From positions 94,116,001-94,180,000 of the forward strand of contig OX597824.1 of assembly GCA_951406725.2 (NCBI GenBank): a DNA stretch of 64,000 nt, in the 5' to 3' direction. The DNA is from Octopus vulgaris. Taxonomy: Eukaryota. A program made the position numbers and the translations under genes. Numbering within the stretch: the first letter of the stretch is position 1; each line of letters starts with the position of its first letter. Below are positions 12,960-26,876 of this stretch, one piece after another. The notes beneath the pieces are model-generated. The model was not told the origin of the DNA. It ran no database searches and was given only the letters and a program-made list of their open reading frames with translations.

Positions 12960-13370
12960 AGGTACAGGAGTGGTTATATGGTAAGAAGTTTGCTTCCCAA
13001 CCACATGTTTTCGGGTTCAGTCCCACTGCATGGCACCTTGGGCAAGTGTTTTCTACTATAGCCTCGAACCGGCCAAAGCCTTTGTTAGTGAATTTGGTAG
13101 ATGGAAACTGAAAGCAGCCTGTCATATATATATATATATGTATCTGTGAGTGTGTGCGTGTGCGTGTGGGTTCGTTCCCGACCAACGTTTGTCAACTGGT
13201 GTTGGTGTGTTTACGTCCCTCCAAACTAGCTGTGCATCAAAAGTGACCGATAGAATAAGTACCAGGTTTTGCAAAACAAATAATAAGTGTTGGTGTAGAT
13301 TCATTCGACTAAACTTATTCAATGTGTTGCCCTAGCATGGCTGCAGTCTAATGATTGAAGCACGTAAGAT
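12960..13370 (+). mobile_element. SINE family B (tRNA head, CORE-like segment, internal microsatellite, 3' module)
   Basis: caggagtggttatatggtaag...gggttcagtccc...accttgggcaagtg, then (TA)(TG)n, then gaccgatagaataagtacc...gcatggctgcagtc. Confidence 0.88.
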
Positions 13371-13919
13371 CTCAAATATATATACACCTATCCAAAACTA
13401 AATAATAAAAAAAGATATTCTGAATTTGATTGACTCGGTCTAACGGTCCCCAACCTCATCAAAATTGATTCAAAATATATAAAACTAATACAACAAACAA
13501 CAAATAAAAAGGAGAAAAAAAACCGTCTAAATAAATTATTTTTTTAAAGAATTTATTTTTATTTAATTTTGTCCTGACAACAAATTTGAGAAAAGTTTGT
13601 TGTCTATCGGAGGGTTAATAGTTTCATATCTTTAATCCGACTTTCATAATGAAACGTTTAGCGCGTGGCTAATTCAATAGTTGACTTTGATGAGACTGAA
13701 AAGAAATGTGGACAACACTAAATTAACAAACATAAAATATTTATTTTTAACAGGAGCAGAGGTTTACAAATAGAAAAACAGAAAAAATAAAAGAAGCCGC
13801 TTGGCGCAAGACTACCGAGAAACAAAGAGAGAAAGAGAAAGGAAAAGTCTTAATGGCTGTCCACAAATCAGACATTGTTGGTCTTTTGTTGAAATTGGAA
13901 GACATTAGCCTGAACGGTG

Positions 13920-14078
13920 TCTCTTCGTCTTTCTCTTTTATCTTTGACTGGTTTCAGTCATTGGACTGCGACCATGCTGGGGCAACGCCTTGAAGGGTTT
14001 AGTCGAACAAATCGGCCCCGAGTAGTTATGCTGTTGCTGACTATTTTTATTTATATTTATTCATTTATTTGTGCGTGT

Positions 14079-14128
<50 letters not shown>

Positions 14129-14262
14129 TACTTATTACATCGGTCGCTTGCCTTTCATCTTTTCGGAGTCGATAATTAAGTACCAGTTACGTACTGAGAT
14201 CGATCTAAACAACTGGACCTTCCCCCAAAATTTCAGGCCTTGTGCCTATAATAGAAAGGATT
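13920..14262. mobile_element. Family B 3' module (-) fused to a family A 3' half (+)
   Basis: tttcagtcattggactgcgaccatgctgg...ggtacttattacatcggtcgc runs directly into ttgcctttcatcttttcggagtcgat. Confidence 0.75.
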
Positions 14263-14356
14263 ATTATTAGTAGTATTATTATTACTATTAGTAGTAGTTT
14301 TATTATTACTACTACTACTACTACTACTACTAACACAATTATTATTATTATTATTA

Positions 14357-14397
<41 letters not shown>

Positions 14398-14699
14398 GTT
14401 ATTATTATTACTATTATTATTACCATCTGTGTATCATACATAAGGAAGAAGCAAGGCATCACGGGAAGGCAACATTACTGCAGTATTTATAGAAAGAATC
14501 ATGTACTGCTGGACGATTTCCTTCTGTTACTGAATATTTATATTTTAAAGCCTAGTATGTCCGTAAGAGACAATATCCTGAGCAAAATCCGCATTTAATT
14601 GGGTTTCCTATCATGCATTTGCATTAATTATGATACACTGATGGCCATTTTAATTTAATGCCGGTTATTCTGATATTTTAGACAGTTTAATACGAGTTT

Positions 14700-15200
14700 T
14701 AATGCTTTACCCGATACACAAACCTCCTCTTGTGATGTACAAAACATTGTATTTTAGGGTGTTAGCCTTTTTAAGACATCACATCAGTTTTGTTTTTCTA
14801 TGTCGTGTTGTTCCCGGGGTTCTTTCACAGAATCTTCTGTTGTGCTAAGCACACGGAGTAACTGTTGTATTAATATTATTTTGTTGGGTGGTGAATACTT
14901 TTGAAAATACTTCGTGATTTGCACTGTTTTAGTATTACATGGTTGTTGAGTATAGTACGTGATAGGCGGCATGTATAGTAATAATGGGCTGCCGTTGTTT
15001 AGGATACGCTTTGAGTCATTTTGTTGGGTAATGATCATATATTCATTGTCCCATTGGGTTATAACTGGTATGAGATATGGGCTGGACTTAGTAGAGCTAA
15101 TTTCAAACAGGATGCATCCTTTGTATGTTCCGTATTTTTTACTTGGGGTGCCAATAAGCCAATTGCTCCAATTATGACTCATATTGTTTTTGCTTTCGTA
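14700..15200 (-). mobile_element. Decayed R4/Dong-type RT fragment
   Basis: ORF 14784-15182 residues YMPPITYY...KYSPPNKIILIQQL resemble NYRPITCL...HLxxNxILPxEQ; heavily mutated. Confidence 0.5.
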
Positions 15201-15370
15201 CTGCTCATCTTGTTATTTCAGTTTCGTGATCCTTATGTTGAGTTGTCGGGTAAATTCGTCCGTTCTTTTCTACTTAGGTCTCCATCGTCGTATGTCTGAA
15301 AACAAGGATTATACAGGTAGAGTACAGCTACAATACACCATAAAACACTACAGTAAAAGCAAACTTGCTG

Positions 15371-15582
15371 CCAGTTCAAATATTCTTGACGCCTATTTGA
15401 AACCATGAAAATACCATTGTATTTTGTTCTGTCTTTCTGAAGAAGAAAAATACATGCGCCGAACAGTTTCATTAAGGGGGCGCTGCGAACTGACTGTCTA
15501 CAGCGATAAATTTTTTCCACGACAAAATACAATTAATGGCTTTCTTGCGGTTTCAAATAAGCCTGAAGCATATTTGAACTGG
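15371..15582. mobile_element. Foldback MITE with about 60-bp imperfect TIRs
   Basis: Left ccagttcaaatattcttgacgcctatttgaaacc versus right reverse complement ccagttcaaatatgcttcaggcttatttgaaacc; similarity continues through attgtattttgt. Confidence 0.8.
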
Positions 15583-15719
15583 TAACATTATTACTTAGTG
15601 CCGTCACCGGTTACAATAAAAATATTTTTCGTATAAATTCAAATGACATTGAAAAGGATAAAAATGAAAATAAAGACGGGAACGTATTTATCTGACAAAC
15701 CAATATATCTACACACTTT

Positions 15720-16680
15720 TCATTTCTTTTTGGACATGGTTTCGGTCAAATGATAATTATTTCTGGATTATATGGTTGAATAGACATACTTAAGGAGGTT
15801 GTAGCTAAGTCTTTCTTTGGTACCTTATTTTGCACCTGTTTATGCCATCTATTTGTTTATCACTTTGAATTGTCGGCTCTGTTGTGTCTCTATATTTTGG
15901 GGTATTGAAATGCAGCCGGAAACTACGCAGTCATCCTCCGGATTTGGTTGCGTTGTCTTCAAATGAAGCTGGCGTCATTTTTTACTGTTTTAGTCTTGTA
16001 GGTGGCTGCGGTTAAGCACTGCTGTTCTGCAGCTAGTATCAGACATTATATTTTTTCTGCATTTAGCCTCGAGCTTTTCAGCTATTGTTTACTTTCAATC
16101 TGACTTCTTCCTTTTGGTCGGCCTTACAGGATACAAGCCCTGGAATGGTCTTTTATCTCTCACCATGTTTTATATTTATATTTTGGTAATCCATTTCCAT
16201 CTCAGCTTTTGTTTCCTAACATCTTAAGTTGTTTTCTTCTTGTCTACATTCTATGTTTCTTTGTAACTGGTTCGTTTCATCTTTGTACTTTATCGTTTCA
16301 TAACATATATATATATATATGTAAACGTTTTTGCTTTCTTTATCTTTCGTTATTACGCTTATGAGCTTCACTTTGGTTTGCTTCTGAGTAATTTATTATA
16401 TGCTTTCTTCGTTCGTTTCATGTGAGTTTTTACTACAAACACCTGGTGATTCTTTGTGTTCCTAAGTTCTAAGCAGCCCTCTGCTTTTATCTTGTTTTTG
16501 TAGAGATTGGAGCAGTGTAGACTCTTCCTGTAACCCTACTCCCATCAGTCAGTCTGTTCTTAGTTGTTATTTTGTTGTTTTTTCTTTACTGTCTCCTGTT
16601 ATATTATCGTATGCTCTGTTGTGTGCAGTGTAAGTTGGAATATCGTTGGGCCTTAATCTTGTACAATAAACTTGTGTGAG
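15720..16680 (-). mobile_element. Decayed R4/Dong-type LINE fragment (thumb to zinc-knuckle region)
   Basis: Minus-strand LILAAEQQCLTAATYKTK near 16040-15990 matches LIIAAQDQxLxTxxY; a VSGC-like motif follows after a frameshift. Confidence 0.7.
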
Positions 16681-16707
16681 TTATTACTACCATTATTAAT
16701 ATCATTA

Positions 16708-16919
16708 ATGCGGTGAGCTGGCAGAAATACTTAGAGGCATTTTGCCCCGTCTTTAGGACCTGCGTTCAAACTCCACCGAGATTGATTTTGCCTTGAATCC
16801 TTTCGCGGTCTATGGAATAAATACCACTCGAGTAATGGGATCGATGTAATCTAACTAGTTCCCTCCCCAAAATTTCAGACATTGTGCTTTAGGACGAAGG
16901 ATTATTATTATTATTATTA

Positions 16920-17001
<82 letters not shown>

Positions 17002-17100
17002 AGCGATGTTATGGCAGAATTGTTAGCACGCCTAGATTAAATACTTAACGGCATTTGTTCCAGCACTTAACGTTTGGTGTTCAAATTCCGCCAAAATCGA
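16708..17100 (+). mobile_element. Two old SINE family A copies flanking (ATT)n
   Basis: gcggtgagctggcagaaa at about 16710-16900; 5' part only at about 17000-17100. Confidence 0.75.
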
Positions 17101-17182
17101 CACCAATAACATCACGTGACCTGGATAGACTGTTAGAGGCCTGACGTCTAGGAACCATTTTGAATTTGTTTCATATTCTGTT

Positions 17183-17250
17183 ACTCTTGACGTCTGACGA
17201 GTTAGGCTTGCTTTGAGTCAACGAAACTTCAAGTTGCATGGAATTGAGTT
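17183..17250 (+). ncRNA. Type I hammerhead ribozyme-like motif, probably within a Penelope-like relic (about 17106-17690)
   Basis: CTGACGA at 17194-17200, pairable stem II 17201-17222, GAAA 17223-17226, near-palindromic AACTTcAAGTT stem III, GTT triplet. Stem I is degenerate. Confidence 0.6.
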
Positions 17251-17333
17251 AAACTTACTCTAAAATAATATATGTAACTCCAACTGTTAAGTGCCACGCG
17301 ACTCTTTCCCCCGTTTGTCCCTTCACACGTGAT

Positions 17334-17395
<62 letters not shown>

Positions 17396-17809
17396 GTATT
17401 ATATATTATATGATTGTATGTACTCTTATATATTATATGATTGTGATAATCTTACTGTTCAATATTATATATTATTAAAATTTTAGATTAGTATTTTGTA
17501 TGGAATATGTCTCGCAGCATGGTTTAGGACGGGTTTTTCATTGACTGAGTTGTGGAATGGTGGTTCGTCACTAAATTAGTTATATACATATATTATATAT
17601 TACGAAATTTGGTCTAATATTATTATACTGAATTCTACCTGTAAGGTTGGAATAATAATTTATTCTCTAATATTATTATTATATAGATTTAAACATGTAT
17701 ATATATATATATGTATGTATGTATATATGAATGTATGTTTGTATGTATGTATATGTATCTATGTATGTATGCATGTATGTGTGCATGTATGTATATATAT
17801 ATATATATG

Positions 17810-17870
<61 letters not shown>

Positions 17871-18127
17871 TAATAATAATAATAATAGGGAGTAACTCCA
17901 AAACGGGGTTCACTCTTCTGCTTGCAAGGTATATTGTGTGCAGATTGCATCGATAACCAGCTGGAGGAGGCTCTCCCTGGGGTTAAAAGCGATAGTGAGG
18001 TCGAACGGCCATATTGATTGGCCGATGAACATTACTTATCAATATAGTTACAACTTTCATCTACGACAGAGATGTTCCAAGTTGCTGCTTTGCATCTTGC
18101 AAGATCAGTGACTACTTGTCACTTACT

Positions 18128-18737
<610 letters not shown>

Positions 18738-18790
18738 TATATATATATTGCGAGCTGGAGCGAATTACTATTATCTCTAGCAGACGGGCG

Positions 18791-18840
18791 TCCACCACTG
18801 AGGATGAACACAAATAGCTGGAAACCAGACAGTCTGGTGA
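18791..18840 (+). ncRNA. Type I hammerhead ribozyme-like motif in an unclassified repeat (about 18748-19045)
   Basis: cacca-CTGAGGA (18798-18804)...GAAAC (18821-18825)...GTC (18832-18834)-tggtg. Stem I is 5 bp and intact; stem II pairs poorly. Confidence 0.55.
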
Positions 18841-19044
18841 TCTTGTCCGTGTCGTTACAAGATGGCAGGGGTTCGCTCCCTTGCTTGCAATATATGTCGG
18901 GTGCAGATTGCATCGATAAACGGTTGGAAGAGTTAAAAACGCTAATAATGGAATAACCATGGAAGAGTGGCAATAAACGTAACTTCCCGGAATAGTTACT
19001 ACTTTTATCTCTTATGGGGATTTTCTAACTCGCTACTTTGATTG

Positions 19045-19204
19045 TATAGTAAGTAGCTTGCTTATCAGCCACATAGTTCCGGGTTCAGTCCCACTGCGTG
19101 GCACCTTGGGCAAGTGTCTTCTATATAGTCACGGGCCGACCAAAGCCTTGTAAGTGGATTTGGTAGACGGAAACTGAAAGAAGCCCGTCATATATATGTA
19201 TATA

Positions 19205-19275
<71 letters not shown>

Positions 19276-19465
19276 CTATATTTGTTCACCCAACATCGCT
19301 TAACAACCGATGGTGGTATGTTTACATTCCCGTCACTTAGCGGTTCGGCAAGAGTGACCGATAGAATCTATACTAGGCTTACAAAGAATAAGTCCTGGGG
19401 CGATTTGCTCAACTAAAGGCGGTGCTCCAGCATACCCGCAGTCAAATGACTGAAACAAATAAACG
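19045..19465 (+). mobile_element. SINE family B
   Basis: Same modules as 18329-18737, with a longer internal (TG)n. Confidence 0.9.
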
Positions 19466-19478
19466 AATATATATATAT

Positions 19479-19563
<85 letters not shown>

Positions 19564-20199
19564 TGTATGTATGTATGTATGTATATACTAGTGTAATTTA
19601 TTATAATGGTGCACTCCTGTAGATGGTTTTATTTGAATTAGCCCGCAGTTAGAATTTGTTTCAAGTTGATAAACTTAATATGTATAATTACCAGTTTCGT
19701 TGAGCAGTTTAGATATTAAGCAACTTAGGTAATGGATAAAGTTTGGTAGCTAGTAATAACTGTAAGTCCATGGAATGACATCGCAAGTGCAGTACGCATT
19801 AGGGTACTTTGGTAGTTGTCCTGTAACTTTTGTAAATCTTGAAACTATAGGAAAAAAAAAAAATTGCAAAAGATGTCTCGATGTCTCGCAGTGGAAATGA
19901 ACCCAAAACGGCGGGATTGCAAAGCGAGCTTCTTCACATCAGTGTCTAAGTTTGTTTACTTCTGTAACTTGTCGGTTTGTTTCTGCATAACCAATATTAT
20001 TAGACATTCGATACAGCTAAATCAATTATTTACAAATAATTCACTCACAGTTATTAATTTTTGATGAGCAAAATGATCTCATTCGTACTTCCAGAGTAAG
20101 TCACTCTGTCATTCTCTAAAACAGAGAATCATGACGCCTTGCTTTTTTTCCTCATACAAGAAAACGTGATTGGTTGTCCACAATTTATTATATATTATT

Positions 20200-20460
20200 T
20201 CGTACTGCGGCCATGCTGGGACTTCGCTCAGAAAATTGCAGTCGAACGCATCGACCCCCCTGCTTATTATTTGGGTTTTTTTCCCCCTTTGAAGCCTAGT
20301 ATTTATTTTACGGTCTCTTTTGCTGAACCACTAAGCTACGGGACCGTATACAAACAAACACTGGTTGTCAAATGGTAGCAAGTAACAGACACGCATACAC
20401 ACATTATATATATATATGTTTGTGTGTGTGTATGTATATATACATATACATATGTGTGTG

Positions 20461-20507
<47 letters not shown>

Positions 20508-20662
20508 CTGGTTTCTTTGAGTTTGCGTCTACCAAATCTCCTCATAAGGTCAGCCTAAGGCTATAGTTGAAGACACGAGCCCAAGGTGCTACGCAGTGGG
20601 ACTGAACCCGGGAATATATGGTTAGAAAGCTAACTTCTTACCACACAGCCACGCCTGCGCCT
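20200..20662 (-). mobile_element. SINE family B, older copy
   Basis: Reverse complement; head at ...cttcttaccacacagccacgcctgcgcct. Confidence 0.85.
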
Positions 20663-20737
20663 ATTTCAAATTGTTTCACATTTTAGAGTATGTCTTCACA
20701 TGCATATAGGTACATATCGAGACATGTTCATATATAT

Positions 20738-21700
20738 TTAAATGATAAACTTCTGGAAAGTTTTACAGATTTTTACAGTTCCAGTGATGGATTGGATCTG
20801 TAGTCTTCGAATTAGCTTTCTCTTTTCTGGTTTTGAGAAGCCTAATTTCACAAGATTCATATTTAGGCAGTGTGCTACATACCTGGAAAGAGTAACTGAA
20901 GATTTCTTAATAGTTCAGCATAGGTGTTCCCTTTTTCACTGATCGTATGTTAACATCAGCTGAGCAGTTTCTGTGCACAGTTTCTCTTCTCTATCCCAAA
21001 TTATTATATCACGTCTGTTGTGTAAGTAAGTATGTATGTATGTATGTATGTATGTATGTATGTATGTATGTATGCATGTATGCATGTATGTATGCGTACG
21101 TATGTATGTATGTATGTATGTATGCATGTATGTATGTATGCATGCATGTATGTATGTATGTATGCATGCATGCATGTATGTATGTATGTATGTATGTATG
21201 TATGTATGTATGTATGCATGTATGTATGTAAGTATGTATGTATGTAGGTAGGTATCTATATATGTAGGTAGGTATTTATATATGTATGTATGTATGTATG
21301 TATGTGTGTAGGTAGGTAGGTATGTATGTATGTATGTATGTATGTATGTAGGTATGTATATAGGTATGTATGTATGCATGTCTGTCTGTCTGTCTGTCTG
21401 TCTGTATGTATGTATGTATGTATGTATGCATGTCTGTCTGTATGTATGTATGTACGCATGTATGTATGTATGTATGCATGCATGCATGTATGTATGTATG
21501 TATGTATGTATGTATGTATGTATGTATGTATGTGTGTATGTATGTATGTACGTACATACGTACGTACGTATGTATGTATAATCGTAAACTTTCGATATAC
21601 ATAAAATACCGTTTTACTGTTTTGCATTTGTGTGGATAGTATTCCTGTTTCGATTCGGAAACAAACAAGCAATGACTGTCAACACATTTTAACCGCCATT
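20738..21700 (-). mobile_element. RLE-type LINE 3' end split by a (TACA)n expansion
   Basis: Minus strand reads HNRRDIIIWDREEKLCT (an RPD-motif variant) and ends KLGFSKPEKRKLIRRLQIQSITGTVKICKTFQKFII* at about 20738. An upstream remnant lies at 21580-21700; microsatellite 21026-21580. Confidence 0.8.
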
Positions 21701-22470
21701 ACGTTATTTTGACATATAATTATGTAATACGTGTGGACATTTCAATATGTCTGATTTTTGTATTCTTTCATTTTACTTTTTCATTTATTTTGTTCTATTT
21801 GCGAATTCTTTTTTTTTTTTTACGTTTGCTGCATATTTTTTCTACTCTTTTTCTTTCTTTTTTTCTTTTCGCAAATTTTCTCTTTAATTTCATTCCGCTT
21901 CTCTTTTTCAACCGTGTTTTTATTTTATTTTTTCTGATATTATTGTGGTTTATGCATATTTTTTTACATTTACGTCTTTATTTAAAATTCTTAGTGCATT
22001 TCATTTCATTAGATTATATTTTATTTCATATTTCATTTTAAATATAAACGACAAATATATATTGATAGAAATCTTTTGATATTTTTTATTTTGACTTTTG
22101 TTAATTTTTTACTGGTTCTTAATGGTTGGTTTGTTGCTGTTGTTGCTGTTGTTGTTGTTGTTTTTCAACGATTGGCAGCCATGTTATAATAAAACGATGT
22201 AGATACGAGAGAAAAAAAAGAGACAAAATGCGAAATGAGCAAGGGAGAGAGAGAGAGAGAGAGAGAAAGACAGACAGAGACAGAGAGAGATCGGTTTATG
22301 AATGTTTTGTAAGAGTATGTGATGCAGGAATTTAAAATATAGATAGACAAATAGATAGATATAGGGACAAAGAAAACAAACACACATATATATATGTGTG
22401 TGTGTGTATATATGTATGTATATATATAGAGAGAGAGAGATACACACACATATATATATATATACATATG

Positions 22471-22506
<36 letters not shown>

Positions 22507-22533
22507 TACACACACATATATATATATACATAC

Positions 22534-22635
<102 letters not shown>

Positions 22636-23127
22636 CAAGAGAGAAAGAGAAAAGGAGAGAGACAGATAGGTAGACTGATGGATAAATAGTAGACTTATAT
22701 ATATATATATGCATAGATAGATATAGATATATACATAGATAGATAGATACATACATACATACATACATACATACATACATACAAACATACGTACAGACGT
22801 ACGTACGGACGTACGGACGTACGTACGGACATACGTACGGACGTACGTACGCACGTACCTACATGCATATATATGTACCTTTATACATAAATACGTACGT
22901 ACATACATACAAGCATATATAAATATATACATAGTGTAATATTTACTGGGAATAATAGATAAATGGAATACACATAAAATGTGAGTCGAGTACAATAATG
23001 ACGGATAATGTAATAAACCGGTTATTGTTATCAAATTATGTGTCATAAGCTGTTTATTTGCCGAAGGTCATCTGTGAATTCATTCCATCGTCCTAAAGTA
23101 ATCACATTAAGCGGCTTCCACAGCATG

Positions 23128-23549
23128 TACTCTTTTTTTTTTACTTTTTTTATTTGTTTCCGTCATTTGACTGTGGCCATCCTGGAGCACCGTCTTTAGT
23201 CGAGCATATCGACCCCAGGACTTATTCTTTGTAAGCCTAGTAATTATTATATCGGTCTCTTTTGCCGAACCGCTAATTACGGGAACGTAAACACACCACC
23301 ATCGGTTGTCAAGCGATGTTGGTGGGACAAACACAGACACACAAACATATATACACACACATACATACATATATATAAACATATATACGATGGGCTTCTT
23401 TCAGTTTCCGTCTACCAAATCCACTCACAAGGCCTTGGTCGGCACGAGGCTATAGCAGAAGAAACTTGCTCAAGGTGCCACGCAGTGGGACTGAACCCGG
23501 AACCATGTTGTTGGTAAGCAAGCTACTTACCACACAGCCACTCCTGCGG
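23128..23549 (-). mobile_element. SINE family B, full-length
   Basis: Reverse complement of the 18329-18737-type element. Confidence 0.92.
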
Positions 23550-23689
23550 CTATGTATGTATGTTTAGAACGAAAGAAATATTCGGACTCACATTTCGATA
23601 AGAAGAATGAGGGAATACTGGTAAATTTAGGGATATGAACCACCCGTGTCTGTGTGTGTGTGTGTGTGTGTTGTGTGTCTGTGTCTGCG

Positions 23690-23900
23690 TGCGTGTGTGC
23701 ATCTCTATGTGCATAGTATCTGTGTGTGCGTACATCTATGTGTGCGTGGTGTGTGTATGTGAGTGGGTGCATCTATGCGTGCATGGTGTGTGCATGTGTG
23801 TTTGCATCTATGTATGTATTGTCTGTGTGCACCTATGTGTGTATGAGGGGGTGCATCTATCTGTGGTGTGTGTTTGCATCTATGTGTACATGGTGTGTTT
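23690..23900. repeat. Degenerate minisatellite of about 35-bp period built on (TG)n, with tgcatctatg anchors
   Basis: catctat recurs at a roughly regular spacing. Confidence 0.6.
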
Positions 23901-23994
23901 GTGTGTGTGTGTGCTTCAGTACTCGAAAAATAAGAGGTGTTACCTGACATCGTAGTACATCTCCAGCGTTAGAAACTGTGCAAAGGCAATAATG

Positions 23995-24052
<58 letters not shown>

Positions 24053-24233
24053 TAATAATAATAATAATAATAATGGTTCCTAAGTGAATCACAAAGCCAG
24101 CAATATTGAGGGGTATGCAGAAAGGCAAAGGTAACCTCGGTGGCATTTAAACTCTGAAGCTAAAGATCCGGATGAAACATCGCTAAACAATTTTGTCCGA
24201 CAAGATAAAGAAAATCCTACTACTCTCATCGCC

Positions 24234-24312
<79 letters not shown>

Positions 24313-24335
24313 TGATGATGATAATAACAACAACC

Positions 24336-24419
<84 letters not shown>

Positions 24420-25023
24420 AAAGTTGTCCAAGTTGAATCCATAATTCGGCAGGGAACTTGTAAAGATACCATGACATGAACACACCATCCGTTGTAGCAA
24501 ACTGCCCATAGAGTGTGCCCGTGGGTTGATGGATAAACCGAGGAAATGAAACAGGTCGGGTGCACGGTTTTTCGATGTTCCTTTCTATAAATGGCGCGTG
24601 GAATCTAGTCTCTCAGGAATTATGAAAGTTTTCAAACAAGGTCGAGTATAGGAGTAAAGTGTGTGACTGGCCTATCTCGCTCACGGCTTAACTTTTCCTT
24701 AACATATCGCGACCTCGGCACACGTTTTGGATTGTGTGTGTGTGTGTGTACTACTTGTTTCAGTCACTGGACTGAGGTCATGTTGGAGCAGCGACTTGGA
24801 TGTTCCTAGACGAACGAATGTAAATTGATTTGCTGACACTTCTATTCATTACTCTGCTCCTTGTTGAGACAGCCATTTTGTAATTTTGAAATGTGTCTCG
24901 TAACTCTCAAAATAAATTTTTAGGTTTTTGGGTTTTTTAACTTTAAAAATTAACCCAAGCTCAGCTAGCCCTTAACATATTCGTATTCCTGCACATAGAA
25001 AACATTATACGTAATCTGGCAGA

Positions 25024-25566
25024 TATTTCTGTTTTTTTACTGCCCACAAGGGGCTAAACACAGAGGGGACAAACAAGGGCAGATAAACGGATTAAGTCGA
25101 TTATATCGACCCCAGTGCGTAACTGATACTTATTTAATCGACTGCGAAAGGATGAAAGCCAAAGTCGACATCGGCGGAATTTGAACTCAGAACGTAAAGA
25201 CAGACGAAATACCTATTTCTTTACTACCCACAAGGGGCTAAACACAGAGAGGATAAACAAAGACAGACAAACGGATTAAGTCGATAACATCGGCGGAATT
25301 TGAACTCAGAACGTAACGGCAGACGAAATACCTATTTCTTTATTACCCACAAGGGGCTAAACACAGAGGGGACAAACAAGGACAGGCAGACGGATTAAGT
25401 CGATTATATCGACCCCAGTGCGTAACTGGTACTTAATTTATCGACCCCGAAAGGATGAAAGGCAAAGTCGACCTCGGCGGAATTTGAACTCAGAACGTAG
25501 CGGCAGACGAAATACCGCTAAGCATTTCGCCCGGCGTGCTAACGTTTCTGCCAGCTCGACACCTTA
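25024..25566 (-). mobile_element. SINE family A trimer (all tail A; middle monomer internally deleted) with TSD
   Basis: Junctions at 25213|25214 and 25332|25333. TSD atc(t/g)ggcagatat at 25014-25026 and 25566-25578. Confidence 0.92.
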
Positions 25567-25639
25567 TCGGGCAGATATGTCTTGCTGGTTGCTCAAAATT
25601 GCAATCAATATCTGCCATTATTTTCCTCGGCCTGATTAT

Positions 25640-25910
25640 CCGTCGGTTACAACGAGTAAGTGAAAGAGGCTGAGTACTCCACAGACACGCGTACCCTGAA
25701 CTCAGTTCTCAAGGTGAATCAGCGTGATGCAGACTGTAATAAGGCTAGCCATTTGGATTGTAGGGAGAACTCATTTTCACAAGCTAAGTCCACTCGAAAA
25801 ACCTGAAAAAAATTGTCTTGCTGCAGGGCACAACGCACAGAAGTCAATTGAACTCATGACGTTGCGATCGTGAGCCTAATACCCTTAACCACTTAGAAAT
25901 ACGCTTTCAC
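25640..25910 (-). mobile_element. SINE family C, old copy
   Basis: ggctgagtactccacagacacgcgtaccct...acccttaaccact. Confidence 0.8.
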
Positions 25911-26377
25911 ACATATTGTCCTCAATTCACACCTTACTGCCCTAGAATCAGACGAAACGAAGAATTCCTTTCGCCACGGATGTGCTCAGTCACGAGTTAC
26001 CTGGAGTTAAGCATCAAAGACAAAATCTAAATTGCAGGTTTAGTCAAACAGCTGAATATTACAAATAAGCAGTGTTAAATCTGGTCTGATTTTCTGCATT
26101 TTTTTTACAAATGGAAGAAAGATTAAAGAGCAGCAAGATAGCATTCAGGAGGAAAAGAAACCGGAAATCAGACTTTTGACAGCGAGAATATCACCTGTTT
26201 TAGATTTGTGATACTCGTTTCCGCTATTTGCCATTGAAATACACACACAGACGCACACATATGCATATATATATAGATAGATCAATACACATATATATAT
26301 ATAAATATATATAAATATATATGTACATGCATATATATATATATGTATATGCATGTACATATATATTTATATATATG

Positions 26378-26443
<66 letters not shown>

Positions 26444-26445
26444 CA

Positions 26446-26508
<63 letters not shown>

Positions 26509-26511
<3 letters not shown>

Positions 26512-26876
26512 AGGCGCAACGGCCCGGTGATTAGGGTAGAGGAATCGCGGTCGTAAGATCGCAGTTTCGATTCCCAAACCGGGCGTTGTGAGTTCAAACC
26601 GGGCGTTCACGAGACGCCGGGATAGTGGCGCCCCCTGCTGTACTATTTCACTTACTCTTTCTTCCTGTTTCTGTTGTACCTGTATTTCGAAGGGCCAGCC
26701 TTGTCACACTCTGTGTCACGCTCTCTGTGTCACGCTGAATCACCCCCGAGAACTACGTTAAGGGTATACGTTTGACTGTGGAGTGCTCAGCCACTTGCAC
26801 ATTAATTCTAACTGCAGGCTGTTCCGTTGATCGCATGAATTGAAACCCCCGTCGTCGCAAGCGACGGAGTGCCACG
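26509..26876 (+). mobile_element. SINE family C, full-length
   Basis: ggaggcgcaacggcccggtgattaggg...gtttcgattcc head; body ...gctcagccacttgcacattaatt...gacggagtgcca. Confidence 0.9.

Noticed and set aside
25418-25663. Recurrent peptide MRNWYLIYRPRKDERQSRPRRNLNSER (also at 1294, 3442, 11407, 30049)
   Set aside because: It is the antisense translation of SINE family A, not a gene family.
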